DNA of 50,579 nucleotides, taken from Acidilobaceae archaeon. GTDB lineage: Archaea; Thermoproteota; Thermoprotei_A; Sulfolobales; Acidilobaceae. The notes beneath the pieces were generated by a model. It saw only the letters and a program-made list of their open reading frames with translations, ran no database searches and was not told where the DNA came from. A program made the position numbers and the translations under genes. The stretch is taken from NCBI GenBank assembly GCA_027034115.1, contig JALVJB010000197.1, forward strand, positions 1 to 50,579. The letters are read 5' to 3'. Positions 18,418-30,067 of the stretch are shown piece by piece (within the stretch, counting starts at the first letter, position 1; every line of letters begins with the position of its first letter).

Positions 18418-20358
18418 TCACCTGGGCTTTGCGGTTGCCATTATTTTGATCCACTCTGGGTCTGGCTCCTCTACCGGCTTGAAAGCGTTAACTGGGCATA
18501 TTTGGGCGCACTCTCCGCACCCGGTGCAGAGTAAGGGGTCAATGTATACCTTTCCATTCTCCTTGGGGATTATTGCTGGGCAGTTGAAGGCCTTGTAGCA
18601 TAGGCCGCAGGCTATACACTTGTCCTCGTCGACAGTGTACACTGTGTACCTAACGCCGGCTTTCCTAGCATTGGCTATTGCGAGGAGGATGCACGCGCCT
18701 CTCGCTACCACTAGGGCAGGCTTCTGCTCCTTCTTAACGTATTCGAGGGCCTCGTAGAAGACTTTCTCCTGGCCCTTAATGTCGAATGCATTGGTTAGCG
18801 CCACGTACTCGATGCCATACGCCTCTGCAACCCTTCTCGGATCCAGCTCCACAGTCTCTTCTCCCATCGCGGTGACGCCCACGCCGGGGTGAGGCTGGTG
18901 CCCCGTCATCGCCGTTGTCCTATTGTCTAGGACTACTACGAGCATGGGAGCCTTGTTGTAGACCGCGTTCGCTAGGCCAGGCATACCTGCATGGAAGAAT
19001 GTGCTATCACCGATTATGGCTATGGGGATCTGGTCCTTGGCGACGTGAGCCATACCGTTTGCCAGCCCTATGCTCCCGCCCATCTCAACAATGGTGTCTT
19101 GCATTTCGAAGGGTGGGAGCACTCCTAGGCTATAACAGCCAATGTCACCGGTGTAGACGGGCTTAATCCTAGCCTTGCCGACAGCTCTCCGGAGAGCGTA
19201 GAATACAGCCCTGTAAGGGCAGCCGGGGCAGAGTACTGGGGGCCTAGGGGGAGCGCTAAGGTTGACCCTCGGCTTCTCTGGTAGAGAGTAATCGATGCCC
19301 AGGAATCTCGCCAGCCCTGGTAGGACCTTGTCAAGCGTGAGCTCCCCTACCCTTGTAATGTAGCCGTTGCTCTTGCCAGCTACCCTAGCCCTGATCCCCT
19401 CATCGTAGAAGGAGCTCTTAGCCAGGGTCTCGACGACAGGCTCTCCCTCCTCGACGAAGAAAACCTTGTCTCTCCCCTCAGCCTCCCTTAAGAGTAGTTT
19501 TGAGGGAAGCGGCACGGGCGTTTGAATCTTTAACACTCTAACCTTTCTATCAAGCCCCAGCTCTCTCAGGGCCTCCCTAGCGTAAGTGTAGCCTAGGCCG
19601 ACGCCCACTACCAGTACGCTCGAATCCTCAGGCCCCTTGGCTTCATTCAATGGATGCTTCGAGAACCACTCAGCTATCTCTTCCCACTTCTCAACCAGCT
19701 CCGCCCTAAGCTTCCTGGCGTGAGCGGGGACTAGCGTGTACCTCTCAATGTTCTTCCGGAACCCTCCCCGAGGCTCTAGCTTCTCTAGGTCTATCTCCCC
19801 CGTTTCGACCGGAACCCTAGTATGGCCTATTCTCGTGGTGGACCGGAGGATTACTGGGGTGTGGAATTTCCCGCTAATATGATAGGCTTCTATAACGGCT
19901 CTCTTAGCCTCCTGGGCTCCAGCCGGCTCTACCACGGGAATATAGGCGTGGACCCCGTACCACCTGTTATCCTGCTCGTTCTGACTACTATGCATCCCGG
20001 GGTCGTCGGCGGATACCACGACGAATGGCGCCTCTACTCCAGTGTATGCACTACTGAAGAGGGGGTCCGCGGCCACGTTTACTCCAACGTGCTTCATTGC
20101 GGCTAAAGACGCTACGCCGGACAGCGCGGCTCCGTATGCAGCCTCTAGGGCCACCTTCTCGTTAACGCTCCACTCGACGTATGGCCTCTTAAGCTTCCTA
20201 GCGGCGTAGGAGAGGGCTTCTACTATCTCGCTAGAAGGCGTCCCGGGATAAGCCGAGGCGAACCCTATCCCGTACTCTAGCGCCCCCCTAGCGATCGCCA
20301 CATTCCCGAGCATTAGGACCCTCTTACCGGGCTCTGACAGGACCTCTCGGTGGGCCAA
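18418..20358 (-). CDS. iorA: Indolepyruvate:ferredoxin oxidoreductase alpha subunit
   Basis: YPGTPSSE, NEKVALE, MKHVG.NVAAD, SSQNEQD, LCPGCP, GDIGCY, GDSTFFH, two C-terminal 4Fe-4S motifs. Confidence 0.95.
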   Translation of the reverse strand: MAHREVLSEPGKRVLMLGNVAIARGALEYGIGFASAYPGTPSSEIVEALSYAARKLKRPYVEWSVNEKVALEAAYGAALSGVASLAAMKHVGVNVAADPLFSSAYTGVEAPFVVVSADDPGMHSSQNEQDNRWYGVHAYIPVVEPAGAQEAKRAVIEAYHISGKFHTPVILRSTTRIGHTRVPVETGEIDLEKLEPRGGFRKNIERYTLVPAHARKLRAELVEKWEEIAEWFSKHPLNEAKGPEDSSVLVVGVGLGYTYAREALRELGLDRKVRVLKIQTPVPLPSKLLLREAEGRDKVFFVEEGEPVVETLAKSSFYDEGIRARVAGKSNGYITRVGELTLDKVLPGLARFLGIDYSLPEKPRVNLSAPPRPPVLCPGCPYRAVFYALRRAVGKARIKPVYTGDIGCYSLGVLPPFEMQDTIVEMGGSIGLANGMAHVAKDQIPIAIIGDSTFFHAGMPGLANAVYNKAPMLVVVLDNRTTAMTGHQPHPGVGVTAMGEETVELDPRRVAEAYGIEYVALTNAFDIKGQEKVFYEALEYVKKEQKPALVVARGACILLAIANARKAGVRYTVYTVDEDKCIACGLCYKAFNCPAIIPKENGKVYIDPLLCTGCGECAQICPVNAFKPVEEPDPEWIKIMATAKPR

Positions 20359-20477
20359 TAATCATCTCCTCGCCCTACCTAGTTGTTTGGGGGGATAATG
20401 AGGTTCTCTCTAGCCTCGCCCCGGTGGGAGGGACAAATATTAGGCCTAAGGCCCTCGTGAACGCAACGGTGTTTAGG

Positions 20478-20936
20478 ATGGCGAAGGGCTCGATTCTACC
20501 ACTCGCAATACTCGGCCTAGTCGCCTTTCTAGGTTTAACCGCTCTCGCCGCTACAGGTACCACCACAGCGGCATCTGGGGCTACTGGTGCAACCGGGAAC
20601 ACCACCCTCGGCGAGATAGTTTCGGTAGCTATGGGCAACCCTAAGATGGCTGTGACAATGCTTGTAGAGTTCATCCTAGGGGTCGCTCTAGGCTATGTCG
20701 GAGTGAAGGCGCTGAGGTACATTCTAGCCTTCATCGGCATACTAATCCTGGGGAGCGTACTATCTGCATGGAGCCTTGGAGGCAACATGGAGGAAGTAGC
20801 TAAGAAGCTGGGAGTAGAGCTGAAGCAGCTACTCCCACTGTTGAAGCAGTTCGCCCTCGCCATAGGCGCGACGATAGTCGGCCCTGCAAGCATAGGCGTG
20901 ATAGTAGGCATAATACTTGCAATGATGAAGAAGTAA
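20478..20936 (+). CDS. Hypothetical membrane protein
   Basis: Signal-like N-terminus, Thr/Gly/Ala linker and several hydrophobic helices; ATG 20478 preferred as start. Confidence 0.7.
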   Translation: MAKGSILPLAILGLVAFLGLTALAATGTTTAASGATGATGNTTLGEIVSVAMGNPKMAVTMLVEFILGVALGYVGVKALRYILAFIGILILGSVLSAWSLGGNMEEVAKKLGVELKQLLPLLKQFALAIGATIVGPASIGVIVGIILAMMKK

Positions 20937-20969
20937 GCATTCCCCTGGCGGGGGGATGGGGAGTAGAGC

Positions 20970-21509
20970 GTGGCGGTCAGCACGCTTCACCACGTCCTCC
21001 CGGACGTGCCTCCTCCCCACCCCCAGCCCCACACGATAGTACAGCCCGCCTCCACGACCGCTCCCAGCACGACTACTGGCGGGCACACCGTGGCTACAAC
21101 TACGAGCCCATTACTCCACTATGCTTCTTCGCCTGTAAGCTCGATAGCATTGATGATATTAATACTTTTTATATTAATAATCTTAGTAGTAGCTATTCTA
21201 GCAGTTAAGCCCTCTCCAGCACTCCTCGGAGAAATCCGCGGAGAGCCCGGGAGAGTACTAGAGGCCAGTGAGCCTTACAGGTACACGGGGCTCAGGAAGA
21301 GGCTGAGGCAACTATACCTATCAGTGAGAGCAAGGGCAGAATCCGCCGTAGGTATCGCCCTAAAGAGCAAGACCGCTATGGAAATAGCGAGGATAACCGG
21401 CATGTACCGAAAGTTCGCCGAAGAGTATACTAAGGCAATGTACGGTCCTGGACACCCAGACGAGGAGGCAGTCTTGAGAATAGAGAGGCTAGCGAGGAAT
21501 GAAGCCTAG
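20970..21509 (+). CDS. Membrane protein, DUF4129-like C-terminus (MoxR cluster)
   Basis: Pro/Thr/His-rich N-terminus, one transmembrane helix, SKTAMEI...YTKAMYG pattern; first of overlapping genes leading to MoxR. Confidence 0.6.
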   Translation: MAVSTLHHVLPDVPPPHPQPHTIVQPASTTAPSTTTGGHTVATTTSPLLHYASSPVSSIALMILILFILIILVVAILAVKPSPALLGEIRGEPGRVLEASEPYRYTGLRKRLRQLYLSVRARAESAVGIALKSKTAMEIARITGMYRKFAEEYTKAMYGPGHPDEEAVLRIERLARNEA

Positions 21510-22569
21510 CCCTGTGATCACAGTACTCGCTCTCGGTATCACTCTAATCCTATTCATCACGGGCTCCTCGCTCGTATCCAAGGAGAAGAGCTACTCATGG
21601 CTATCAACATCCCCCATTAACCCTGGCCCCGGAGGAACATCCTCATTCGTAGAGGACCTAAACAAGTGGTACGACGTAGTGCTAGGTAACACTACCACCC
21701 TAGAAGGGATAAGGGTGAGGGCGACCTACCTTATTATAGGGCCCGACACTCCATTAAACGATAATGAAATAGAGATTATAGTAAAGCTCGTGAAGACGGG
21801 CCGCTTAAACCTGCTAATAGCAGACGAGACCACCAATACAGGGCGCCTCCTCAGGACCCTCGGCCTGCCCCCGATGGATGGAACCGTCTATAACGAGACT
21901 GTAAAGGGGGGCGGCTGGGAATTCATGGTGAAAATAGCTTGCGACGGACACGAGGCTTGGGCTTCTAGAGCCGTGAGGGTCCCCCAAGGGCCGGGCGGAG
22001 AAGAAGTATGCTCCTACAAGAACGATGGCACCGCAGCTGTCCTCTACAATATCAACGGGTCGAGAGTATTGATCGTAGGGGACTCCAGCATATTCGCAAA
22101 CTACCTATACAACGGTTACGACGGGCTTAAACCGTCTAGAAACGTGGCACTCTTCCTGGCACGCTTAGCAGCGGGCGATTCCCGAGGCGAGCCCGTTATA
22201 GTAGACAATAGCCACTATTCCTATAATGTTAAGGCCCGAGGAGCTTACCCACTGACGGGCCTCTGGACCTCTCTCGCCAACAGTCTAGAAAGCCTAGAGA
22301 GTAGGGCCCGCGAGCTCACCCCGCAAACCCTAGCCCTAGCGTTAGTGGTTGCAAGCGTCCCCTGGCCATTAATCCTGCTCACTCCATGGAGCAGGCCTAA
22401 GAGAAAGTCCACGCCCCTAAGGGAGGCTGCGATCGCATTATTAGAAGTCGAGGCCTCACGCCTAGGAGTAGAGGAGGGCCCCGGCAGGCCGGACCCTGAA
22501 TCCCTAGCCTCGCGCATAATCAGGAGGGCGAGGAAGCTTGAACAACATCATGGAGAGAGTCCTCAGTGA
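21499..22569 (+). CDS. DUF4350-like membrane-anchored protein (MoxR cluster)
   Basis: N-terminal transmembrane helix, SP.N.G..GTS, LIIGP, LLIADE, GDSSIFAN, DNSHY. Confidence 0.7.
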   Translation: MKPSPVITVLALGITLILFITGSSLVSKEKSYSWLSTSPINPGPGGTSSFVEDLNKWYDVVLGNTTTLEGIRVRATYLIIGPDTPLNDNEIEIIVKLVKTGRLNLLIADETTNTGRLLRTLGLPPMDGTVYNETVKGGGWEFMVKIACDGHEAWASRAVRVPQGPGGEEVCSYKNDGTAAVLYNINGSRVLIVGDSSIFANYLYNGYDGLKPSRNVALFLARLAAGDSRGEPVIVDNSHYSYNVKARGAYPLTGLWTSLANSLESLESRARELTPQTLALALVVASVPWPLILLTPWSRPKRKSTPLREAAIALLEVEASRLGVEEGPGRPDPESLASRIIRRARKLEQHHGESPQ

Positions 22570-23452
22570 AGCCGGCAAGGTGGTCGTAGGGAAGCGCGAG
22601 GTCATTGAGGCAGTAGTAGCGACCATAATAGCTGGGGGGCACGTGCTCCTCGAAGGCGTTCCAGGAGTAGCTAAGACCCTTATAGCGAGGGCCGTAGCCT
22701 CTAGCCTCAGCCTAGACTTCAAGCGAGTCCAGTTCGTCCCAGACCTCCTGCCAAGCGATATAACAGGGACAATGGTCTGGAAGGGAGGGGACTTCGAGTT
22801 CCACCCTGGCCCCATCTTCACGGAAGTACTACTAGTCGACGAGATCAACAGGGCTCCTCCTAAAACACAGGCCGCACTCCTCGAAGCGATGCAGGAGAGG
22901 CAGGTATCAATCTGGGGAGAGACACGCAAGCTATCTCCTCTCTTCACGGTGATAGCGACCATGAATCCTGTCGAGTACCAGGGAGTATACCCCCTGAGCG
23001 AGGCTCAGGTCGACAGGTTCACATCGAAAATAGAGCTCGACTATCCAAGCGTTGAAGAAATGGCCCGCATAATCGACGTGCAAGGGGCAATTGAAGAATG
23101 GCCTGTGAAGCCAGTAGTCAGTAGAGAGGAATTACTCGAGGCTAGAAGGAGGGTGTGGAGCGTCCACGTAGACGATAACATTAAACTATACGCCGCCCTG
23201 CTAGCAGAGGCTACAAGGAGGGACCCTCGAGTCCTCCTAGGAGGGTCCCCCAGAGCAGTCATCTCAATGGTACAACTAGCGAGGGCCCTAGCACTAGCCG
23301 AGGGGCGAGGCTACGTAGCGCCGGACGATATAAAGAGAGTAGCCCACTACGCCATGGACCATAGAGTGATACTAAAACCTGAAGCCCGCCTCTCCGGGGC
23401 AACCCCCGAGCAAATAGTAGACACAGTCCTAGAGAAGGTCGAGCCACCCTAG
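22538..23452 (+). CDS. moxR: MoxR-family AAA+ ATPase
   Basis: GHVLLEGVPGVAKT, RVQFVPDLLPSDITG, DEINRAPPKTQAALLEAMQE, YPLSEAQVDRF, GGSPR; start may be ATG 22550. Confidence 0.95.
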   Translation: MNNIMERVLSEAGKVVVGKREVIEAVVATIIAGGHVLLEGVPGVAKTLIARAVASSLSLDFKRVQFVPDLLPSDITGTMVWKGGDFEFHPGPIFTEVLLVDEINRAPPKTQAALLEAMQERQVSIWGETRKLSPLFTVIATMNPVEYQGVYPLSEAQVDRFTSKIELDYPSVEEMARIIDVQGAIEEWPVKPVVSREELLEARRRVWSVHVDDNIKLYAALLAEATRRDPRVLLGGSPRAVISMVQLARALALAEGRGYVAPDDIKRVAHYAMDHRVILKPEARLSGATPEQIVDTVLEKVEPP

Positions 23453-23465
23453 AGGGACCCCCAGA

Positions 23466-24752
23466 GTGCCGGAGATCTACCCAACTAGGAAAGCACTCCT
23501 TGCAGGCATCCTCGCATTCCTCTTCTTCGCAATGCAAGCCCTAGGCATCTACTCCCCATACACCGGTATTGGAGCCTCACTCCTCACCGGAGTACTAGCG
23601 GTATCAATGGCCGTGGCCGAGAGGGCCTCCACGGCACTATTCCGTGTAAACGCGGAGCGGAGGGTCCCCCAGCGGCTAGCAGAGGGAGTACTGGCTAGAG
23701 TAGAACTAGTAGTATGCAACAATTCCCCCGACGACTTGATTGTATCAGTGGAAGACCAGGTGCCGGAAAGGTTGAGAGCTCTCGAGAGCGAGATCGAGAT
23801 GCGCCTCAGGCCGGGAGAGTGCAGGAGGGGCTCCTACAGGGTGAGACCGGCGCCTGGCTACCACTCCTACCCCTCTCTCCAAGTAGAGGCGAGGGACCCT
23901 CTGGGAATGTTCGCATCATGGAGAAAGCTGAAGAGGCCGTCAAGCATAAGCGTATACCCGCTCAGCCTAGGCGAATACTGGGTTTCACAAGCCGGCCCGC
24001 GGGGGAGGGGAGAACCCCTATACTCTACGTGGAAGGGCGGAGGACTGGAGTTCTACCAGCTGAGAGACTACGTGCCAGGCGACGATGTCAGGTTCATTTC
24101 GTGGAGCGCGACTGCAAGGCTGGGTAGGCCCATCGTATGGGAGGGCGTGTCACAAGTGTCTCCGCACGTCTCACTCCTAGCAGACCTATCCCTAGAATCC
24201 TGGCCGGGCACGCCAGGAGAGGCGCCGGCGGACTGGATAATGAGGACTGCCGTGGCGATAGCTGAGATAGTAGAAGCGGGTGGAGGGACCCTCAGGTACG
24301 GGATACTACTAGGGGAGACGTGGGAGGAGGGGTTTCTCTCTGGGGAGTACATAGCGGAGGCCCTAAGGAGAAGACTCTCCCTGGCAGGCCCCAGTAATGT
24401 TAAGAGGAGAGTTAAGCTGGGAGCCCTAGTAGATAGGCTCTCCCGCGGGGAACCCGGAAGGCCGTTGGTACTACTACTAGGTCCAGGGCAAAACTATAAC
24501 AGCCTGGTCGAAGCACTATCGAAGGCTAACGCTCATTGCAGGATAGCCATACTCTACGCCCCCACGGGCAATGGACCGGTAGACACAGCGGTCAGGCTAG
24601 TGGAGGAGCGTTACTACAAGGCTAACCTCGACAGCCTACGCAGAGCTGGAGCTAAACCATACCTCGTCACCTCTCGAGGTGCGGCGGTTGAGGTTGCAAG
24701 GCGCCTCTGGGGTATCTTGCAGGAGCCTGGCTGCCGGGCTGGCGCTTTCTAG
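23466..24752 (+). CDS. DUF58 domain protein (MoxR partner)
   Basis: DPLGMF, EFYQLRDYVPGDDVRFISWSATAR. Confidence 0.88.
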   Translation: MPEIYPTRKALLAGILAFLFFAMQALGIYSPYTGIGASLLTGVLAVSMAVAERASTALFRVNAERRVPQRLAEGVLARVELVVCNNSPDDLIVSVEDQVPERLRALESEIEMRLRPGECRRGSYRVRPAPGYHSYPSLQVEARDPLGMFASWRKLKRPSSISVYPLSLGEYWVSQAGPRGRGEPLYSTWKGGGLEFYQLRDYVPGDDVRFISWSATARLGRPIVWEGVSQVSPHVSLLADLSLESWPGTPGEAPADWIMRTAVAIAEIVEAGGGTLRYGILLGETWEEGFLSGEYIAEALRRRLSLAGPSNVKRRVKLGALVDRLSRGEPGRPLVLLLGPGQNYNSLVEALSKANAHCRIAILYAPTGNGPVDTAVRLVEERYYKANLDSLRRAGAKPYLVTSRGAAVEVARRLWGILQEPGCRAGAF

Positions 24753-25485
24753 CCAGCTCCTATTAGCAGTCACCGGCCTCACGAATAGAGACTGGGCCGG
24801 CGCTCTCATGGTCTTGCCCGGAACGATAGGCATACTCCTAGCCCTCCGGGGGTCCCTCGAGGCCTCATCCCTACTTGGCCTTACTACAATCGTTGCCTCG
24901 GGCCTCTACAAGGTTAGCGGGATAATACCTGGCCTAGCTCTTTTGGGCTTCACGTTTTCACTACTCGTATACTGGGTTCACGAAGAGGCTTGCGGCAGGG
25001 GTCTCCGCCTCTTGGGAGTAGGAGTGGGGGTCGGTGGCTATGCTCTCTCGCTCTCATGGGTTCTCCACGGGTGGGGCATTTACGCCCGTTATCTGCCTCC
25101 AGAGTCGCTTGAGGCGCTCTCGAGCAATGGGGGCTTCACGATCCTCGTAATTACGTCCACATTGTTCTTCTCGTTGACCGCTTACTATGCTTTAAGGCCG
25201 AATAGTTCTCTTCCATCGATAGCCTCCGCCGCCCGGTGGCTATATGATAATAGGACCGCGCCGATAGAGGCTCTCGCATACTTATTATTCCTTGCATCGC
25301 TTCGGGTATCGCCGTTCGTAGCGTTGCTAGGCTTCGTCTCCGCGGGCTTGGGTATTTGGGCTTGGAGCCTCACCAGGAGGAGGGAAGCCGTTCTTCTCAC
25401 AGTGCTTTTATCTTATGTCCTACTAGTATGGGTTACGGGCTACTATAAGCTTGTAAACGATTACCTCTTAAGACTCCTTCACTAG
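24679..25485 (+). CDS. Hypothetical polytopic membrane protein
   Basis: Many hydrophobic segments; last gene of the MoxR cluster; start uncertain. Confidence 0.65.
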   Translation: MRRLRLQGASGVSCRSLAAGLALSSQLLLAVTGLTNRDWAGALMVLPGTIGILLALRGSLEASSLLGLTTIVASGLYKVSGIIPGLALLGFTFSLLVYWVHEEACGRGLRLLGVGVGVGGYALSLSWVLHGWGIYARYLPPESLEALSSNGGFTILVITSTLFFSLTAYYALRPNSSLPSIASAARWLYDNRTAPIEALAYLLFLASLRVSPFVALLGFVSAGLGIWAWSLTRRREAVLLTVLLSYVLLVWVTGYYKLVNDYLLRLLH

Positions 25486-25638
25486 ATCAGCCCCTACAAT
25501 CATTGTCACGGATCCAACCGTTGCCCCGACGAGGCTCGCGATAACGTAGCCCTCGACGGCTAGTCCTATGCTTGCGATATAGAACGCGATCGAGGAGGCG
25601 AGTAACCCTATACCCATGATGACCCTGAGCCTAGCCAT
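25468..25638 (-). CDS. Small two-helix membrane protein (56 aa)
   Basis: MARLRVIMGIGLLASSIAFYIASIGLAVEGYVIASLVGATVGSVTMIVGADLVKES; its ATG overlaps the upstream stop (ATGGCTAG) and follows GGTGAGGAG; fills the gap exactly; absent from the ORF track. Confidence 0.7.
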   Translation of the reverse strand: MARLRVIMGIGLLASSIAFYIASIGLAVEGYVIASLVGATVGSVTMIVGADLVKES

Positions 25639-26485
25639 TACTCCTCACCATAATCTTTACTACCGCTCCCGTGTCTGGGTCCGGTCCAACGGTCTCGTTA
25701 GCCATTTCTAGGGCCCTTAGAGGGTCCCCCGTATGTGCTAGATCTCGAGCCCATTCCAAGAGGAATTCGTCAGCGTGTAGCCATGTAACGTTACCGTCCC
25801 ATGCTATATAGGCGGAGGCTCCCTTATCGATGATTACCTTTGCTAGCCTATCGTCTTGGAACCCGTAGCATCCCGTGAAGAATACTATCGTCTTATTCAT
25901 CTCGCCAGCTATGTCGCGGAAGAATTTGGGGCTCACGGCCAAGTATTTGGGTAGCTCTTGTAGGGGGACCCCCGGCCTCGGTATCACCGCTGGGGCATAG
26001 TAGCCTTTACGGATACCGTCCTCGATGTTCTTCACTCCATAAACAGCCTCGGCTTCTATAACGTACATGCCAGTGTATACATAAGCGCCGAGGGGCTTCC
26101 CACTGCTAGGATCTCCGTTGTAGGCTCCATGCGCCCTGATTATTACTAAGCCATACTGCCCCATGCCTACTAGCGGGTCGAGAGTAGCGTTAGCCCCATA
26201 ATAGACTGTGACGCTAAAGCCCATGCTCTCCAGGATCTTCTTGAGCGTGGAGACTTCCCGGGGATCGGGGAACTCTCGGGCTAGGCTATCGTATATGAGG
26301 GCCTTGTGGGGGACCCCTGAGAGGTTTATGCTAGCAGTAGTGGTGCTCGCTGGGGGTCCCCCGCTAGTGGTTGCCCTAGGAGTATTGCCTGGGTTTCCTC
26401 CGCCTCCCCGTAGGAGGAGCGAGGCGCCCACAATTGCTGCTACTACGATGAGTATAACAGTGTAGGCCGCCCGCCTCTTATCCAT
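25631..26485 (-). CDS. Membrane-anchored extracellular protein, candidate caspase-hemoglobinase-fold (clan CD) cysteine peptidase
   Basis: N-terminal transmembrane helix, G/P/T linker, LVIIRAHG and IVFFTGC motifs, GASAYIAW; start moved to ATG 26485 because the longer ORF begins inside the tRNA. Confidence 0.65.
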   Translation of the reverse strand: MDKRRAAYTVILIVVAAIVGASLLLRGGGGNPGNTPRATTSGGPPASTTTASINLSGVPHKALIYDSLAREFPDPREVSTLKKILESMGFSVTVYYGANATLDPLVGMGQYGLVIIRAHGAYNGDPSSGKPLGAYVYTGMYVIEAEAVYGVKNIEDGIRKGYYAPAVIPRPGVPLQELPKYLAVSPKFFRDIAGEMNKTIVFFTGCYGFQDDRLAKVIIDKGASAYIAWDGNVTWLHADEFLLEWARDLAHTGDPLRALEMANETVGPDPDTGAVVKIMVRSNG

Positions 26486-26508
26486 CCCAGGAGCCTCCAA
26501 GTATATGT

Positions 26509-26596
26509 TGGTGCGGGGGGTGGGATTCGAACCCACGCAGGCCTACGCCATCGGGTCCTAAGCCCGACCCCTTTGGCCAGGCTCGGGCACCCCCGC
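26509..26596 (-). tRNA. tRNA-Leu(UAG), CCA encoded
   Basis: GCGGGGG...TCGGG CT TAG GA CCCGA, long variable arm, GGGTTCGAATCCC, discriminator A, CCA. Confidence 0.96.
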
Positions 26597-26733
26597 GTTC
26601 CCTTCTAATGCACCTATACGGGGACGCCATTTAAATCCTTCCAGTCGCCCAGCTCCCTGCCCAGCCACTTTTTAACCCAAGGGGTGGGCTTCCTGGTTGC
26701 TGGGGTAGCTTCAGAGTCTAACGGTGAAGTATA

Positions 26734-28717
<1,984 letters not shown>

Positions 28718-28729
28718 GGGGCTAAGCCT

Positions 28730-29161
28730 TTGAACCTAAGCCCCCTACTAGCCTTCATAATCCCACTAATTTTCTCACTATCAGCGGGGGCGACGTATAG
28801 AAGCATATATCCCTATGAAACCGTGAAGAGAGCTATCGATAAGATGGCCGAGTACCGCCTTGCAAAAGCCAAGCTCGGCAGGGGTAAGCGAGCAGCTAAA
28901 AAGCTGGCTAAGATCGAGCCAGAGTATAAGAGGGCTAAGAGGCTAGTAACCAGGAGCATTATCGTAAAGATGACCCTCCTAATAGTAACATACATGTTAG
29001 GCAGCATCATAGTATTCGTTAACACGCCAATAATCCCCGCTCCCTTCCACCTCCCACCAATAACGGTAGTAGTAAACGGCCAGCCCTACGTGGAATCACT
29101 AATAATATACTTCACAGTATACGTCATAGTATTCCTAGTATTCCGCGATACCTTCTTATAG
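28730..29161 (+). CDS. DUF106/EMC3-TMCO1-like membrane protein
   Basis: Transmembrane helix, basic coiled coil, two further transmembrane helices; conserved position between adk and L34e. Confidence 0.6.
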   Translation: MNLSPLLAFIIPLIFSLSAGATYRSIYPYETVKRAIDKMAEYRLAKAKLGRGKRAAKKLAKIEPEYKRAKRLVTRSIIVKMTLLIVTYMLGSIIVFVNTPIIPAPFHLPPITVVVNGQPYVESLIIYFTVYVIVFLVFRDTFL

Positions 29162-29201
29162 CGTAAATCCGAGCCCTACTAGAAGCAACGGGGGAGCCGG
29201 A

Positions 29202-29474
29202 GTGGTAAGGCCCGCTCTCCGGAGCAGGCACCTGAGAAGAGTGATGAAGAGGACGCCCGGAGGAGACCTCATAGTACACTATGAGAAGAGGAGGCCTGGC
29301 CCAGCGAGATGCGCCAGGTGTGGGAGACCCCTCAATGGGGTACCGAGGCTGAGGCCGAACAAGCTAAGAGGCCTAAGCAAAACGAGCAAACGCCCGGAGA
29401 GACCCTACGGTGGTGTGCTTTGCCCCCAGTGCCTTGCAGACCTCCTCAGGCAGTCGATAATAGGAAACCAGTAA
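29202..29474 (+). CDS. rpl34e: 50S ribosomal protein L34e
   Basis: RTPGG, CARCGRPL.GVPR, RPERPYGGVLCPQC. Confidence 0.96.
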   Translation: MVRPALRSRHLRRVMKRTPGGDLIVHYEKRRPGPARCARCGRPLNGVPRLRPNKLRGLSKTSKRPERPYGGVLCPQCLADLLRQSIIGNQ

Positions 29475-30019
29475 TAGTAGTATCCGGGCCGCCGGGATCC
29501 GGTAAATCAACCTATGCGAAGAGGCTCGCGAGAGATTTCTGCCTCGACTACATCACTACCGGCGCATTCTTCCGGGAGATAGCCAGGGAGAAAGGCCTAA
29601 CCCTATCACAGCTAAGCGAGATCGCCTCGAGGGACCCCTCAATAGACCTGGCCATAGATAAGATGAGTCTAGAAGCCGCTGAGAAGGGAGGAGTAGTGAT
29701 TGACAGCCACCTCGCAGGCTGGGTCTTGTCAGGGCTCGCCCACGTTAGAATACTAGTAACAGCCCCTCTAACCATACGATTGCAGCGTATCTCTTCTAGG
29801 GAAGGGGGCGGGGATAGGATTATTGAAGAGACTGTTGCCCGAGAGTCGCTCCAGGCCGCAAGGTTCTACGAGTACTATGGATACGATACAACCTCCTTCC
29901 AGGGCTTCGACCTTGTCGTTGACACGTCAAGCCTCTCTATAGAGGAAGCTTATGATATAATTTCGAGGTATACTCGGTATAAGCTCTCCGCACTAGGCTT
30001 CCGGTTGCCAGGAGAGTAG
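29420..30019 (+). CDS. cmk: Cytidylate kinase, archaeal type
   Basis: SGPPGSGKST, AG.FFREIA, IDLAID, DSHLAGW, FDLVVDT; start uncertain (TTG 29420 or GTG 29429, both inside L34e). Confidence 0.88.
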   Translation: MPPVPCRPPQAVDNRKPVIVVSGPPGSGKSTYAKRLARDFCLDYITTGAFFREIAREKGLTLSQLSEIASRDPSIDLAIDKMSLEAAEKGGVVIDSHLAGWVLSGLAHVRILVTAPLTIRLQRISSREGGGDRIIEETVARESLQAARFYEYYGYDTTSFQGFDLVVDTSSLSIEEAYDIISRYTRYKLSALGFRLPGE

Positions 30020-30067
30020 TCCTTATAAAACAGGGATGACCGCAAGCGGGTGGTGGGTGGAATAGTA

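Noticed and set aside
26486..26536. N-terminal extension of ORF 25631..26536
   Set aside because: The start lies inside tRNA-Leu(UAG); ATG 26485 precedes the signal/anchor sequence.
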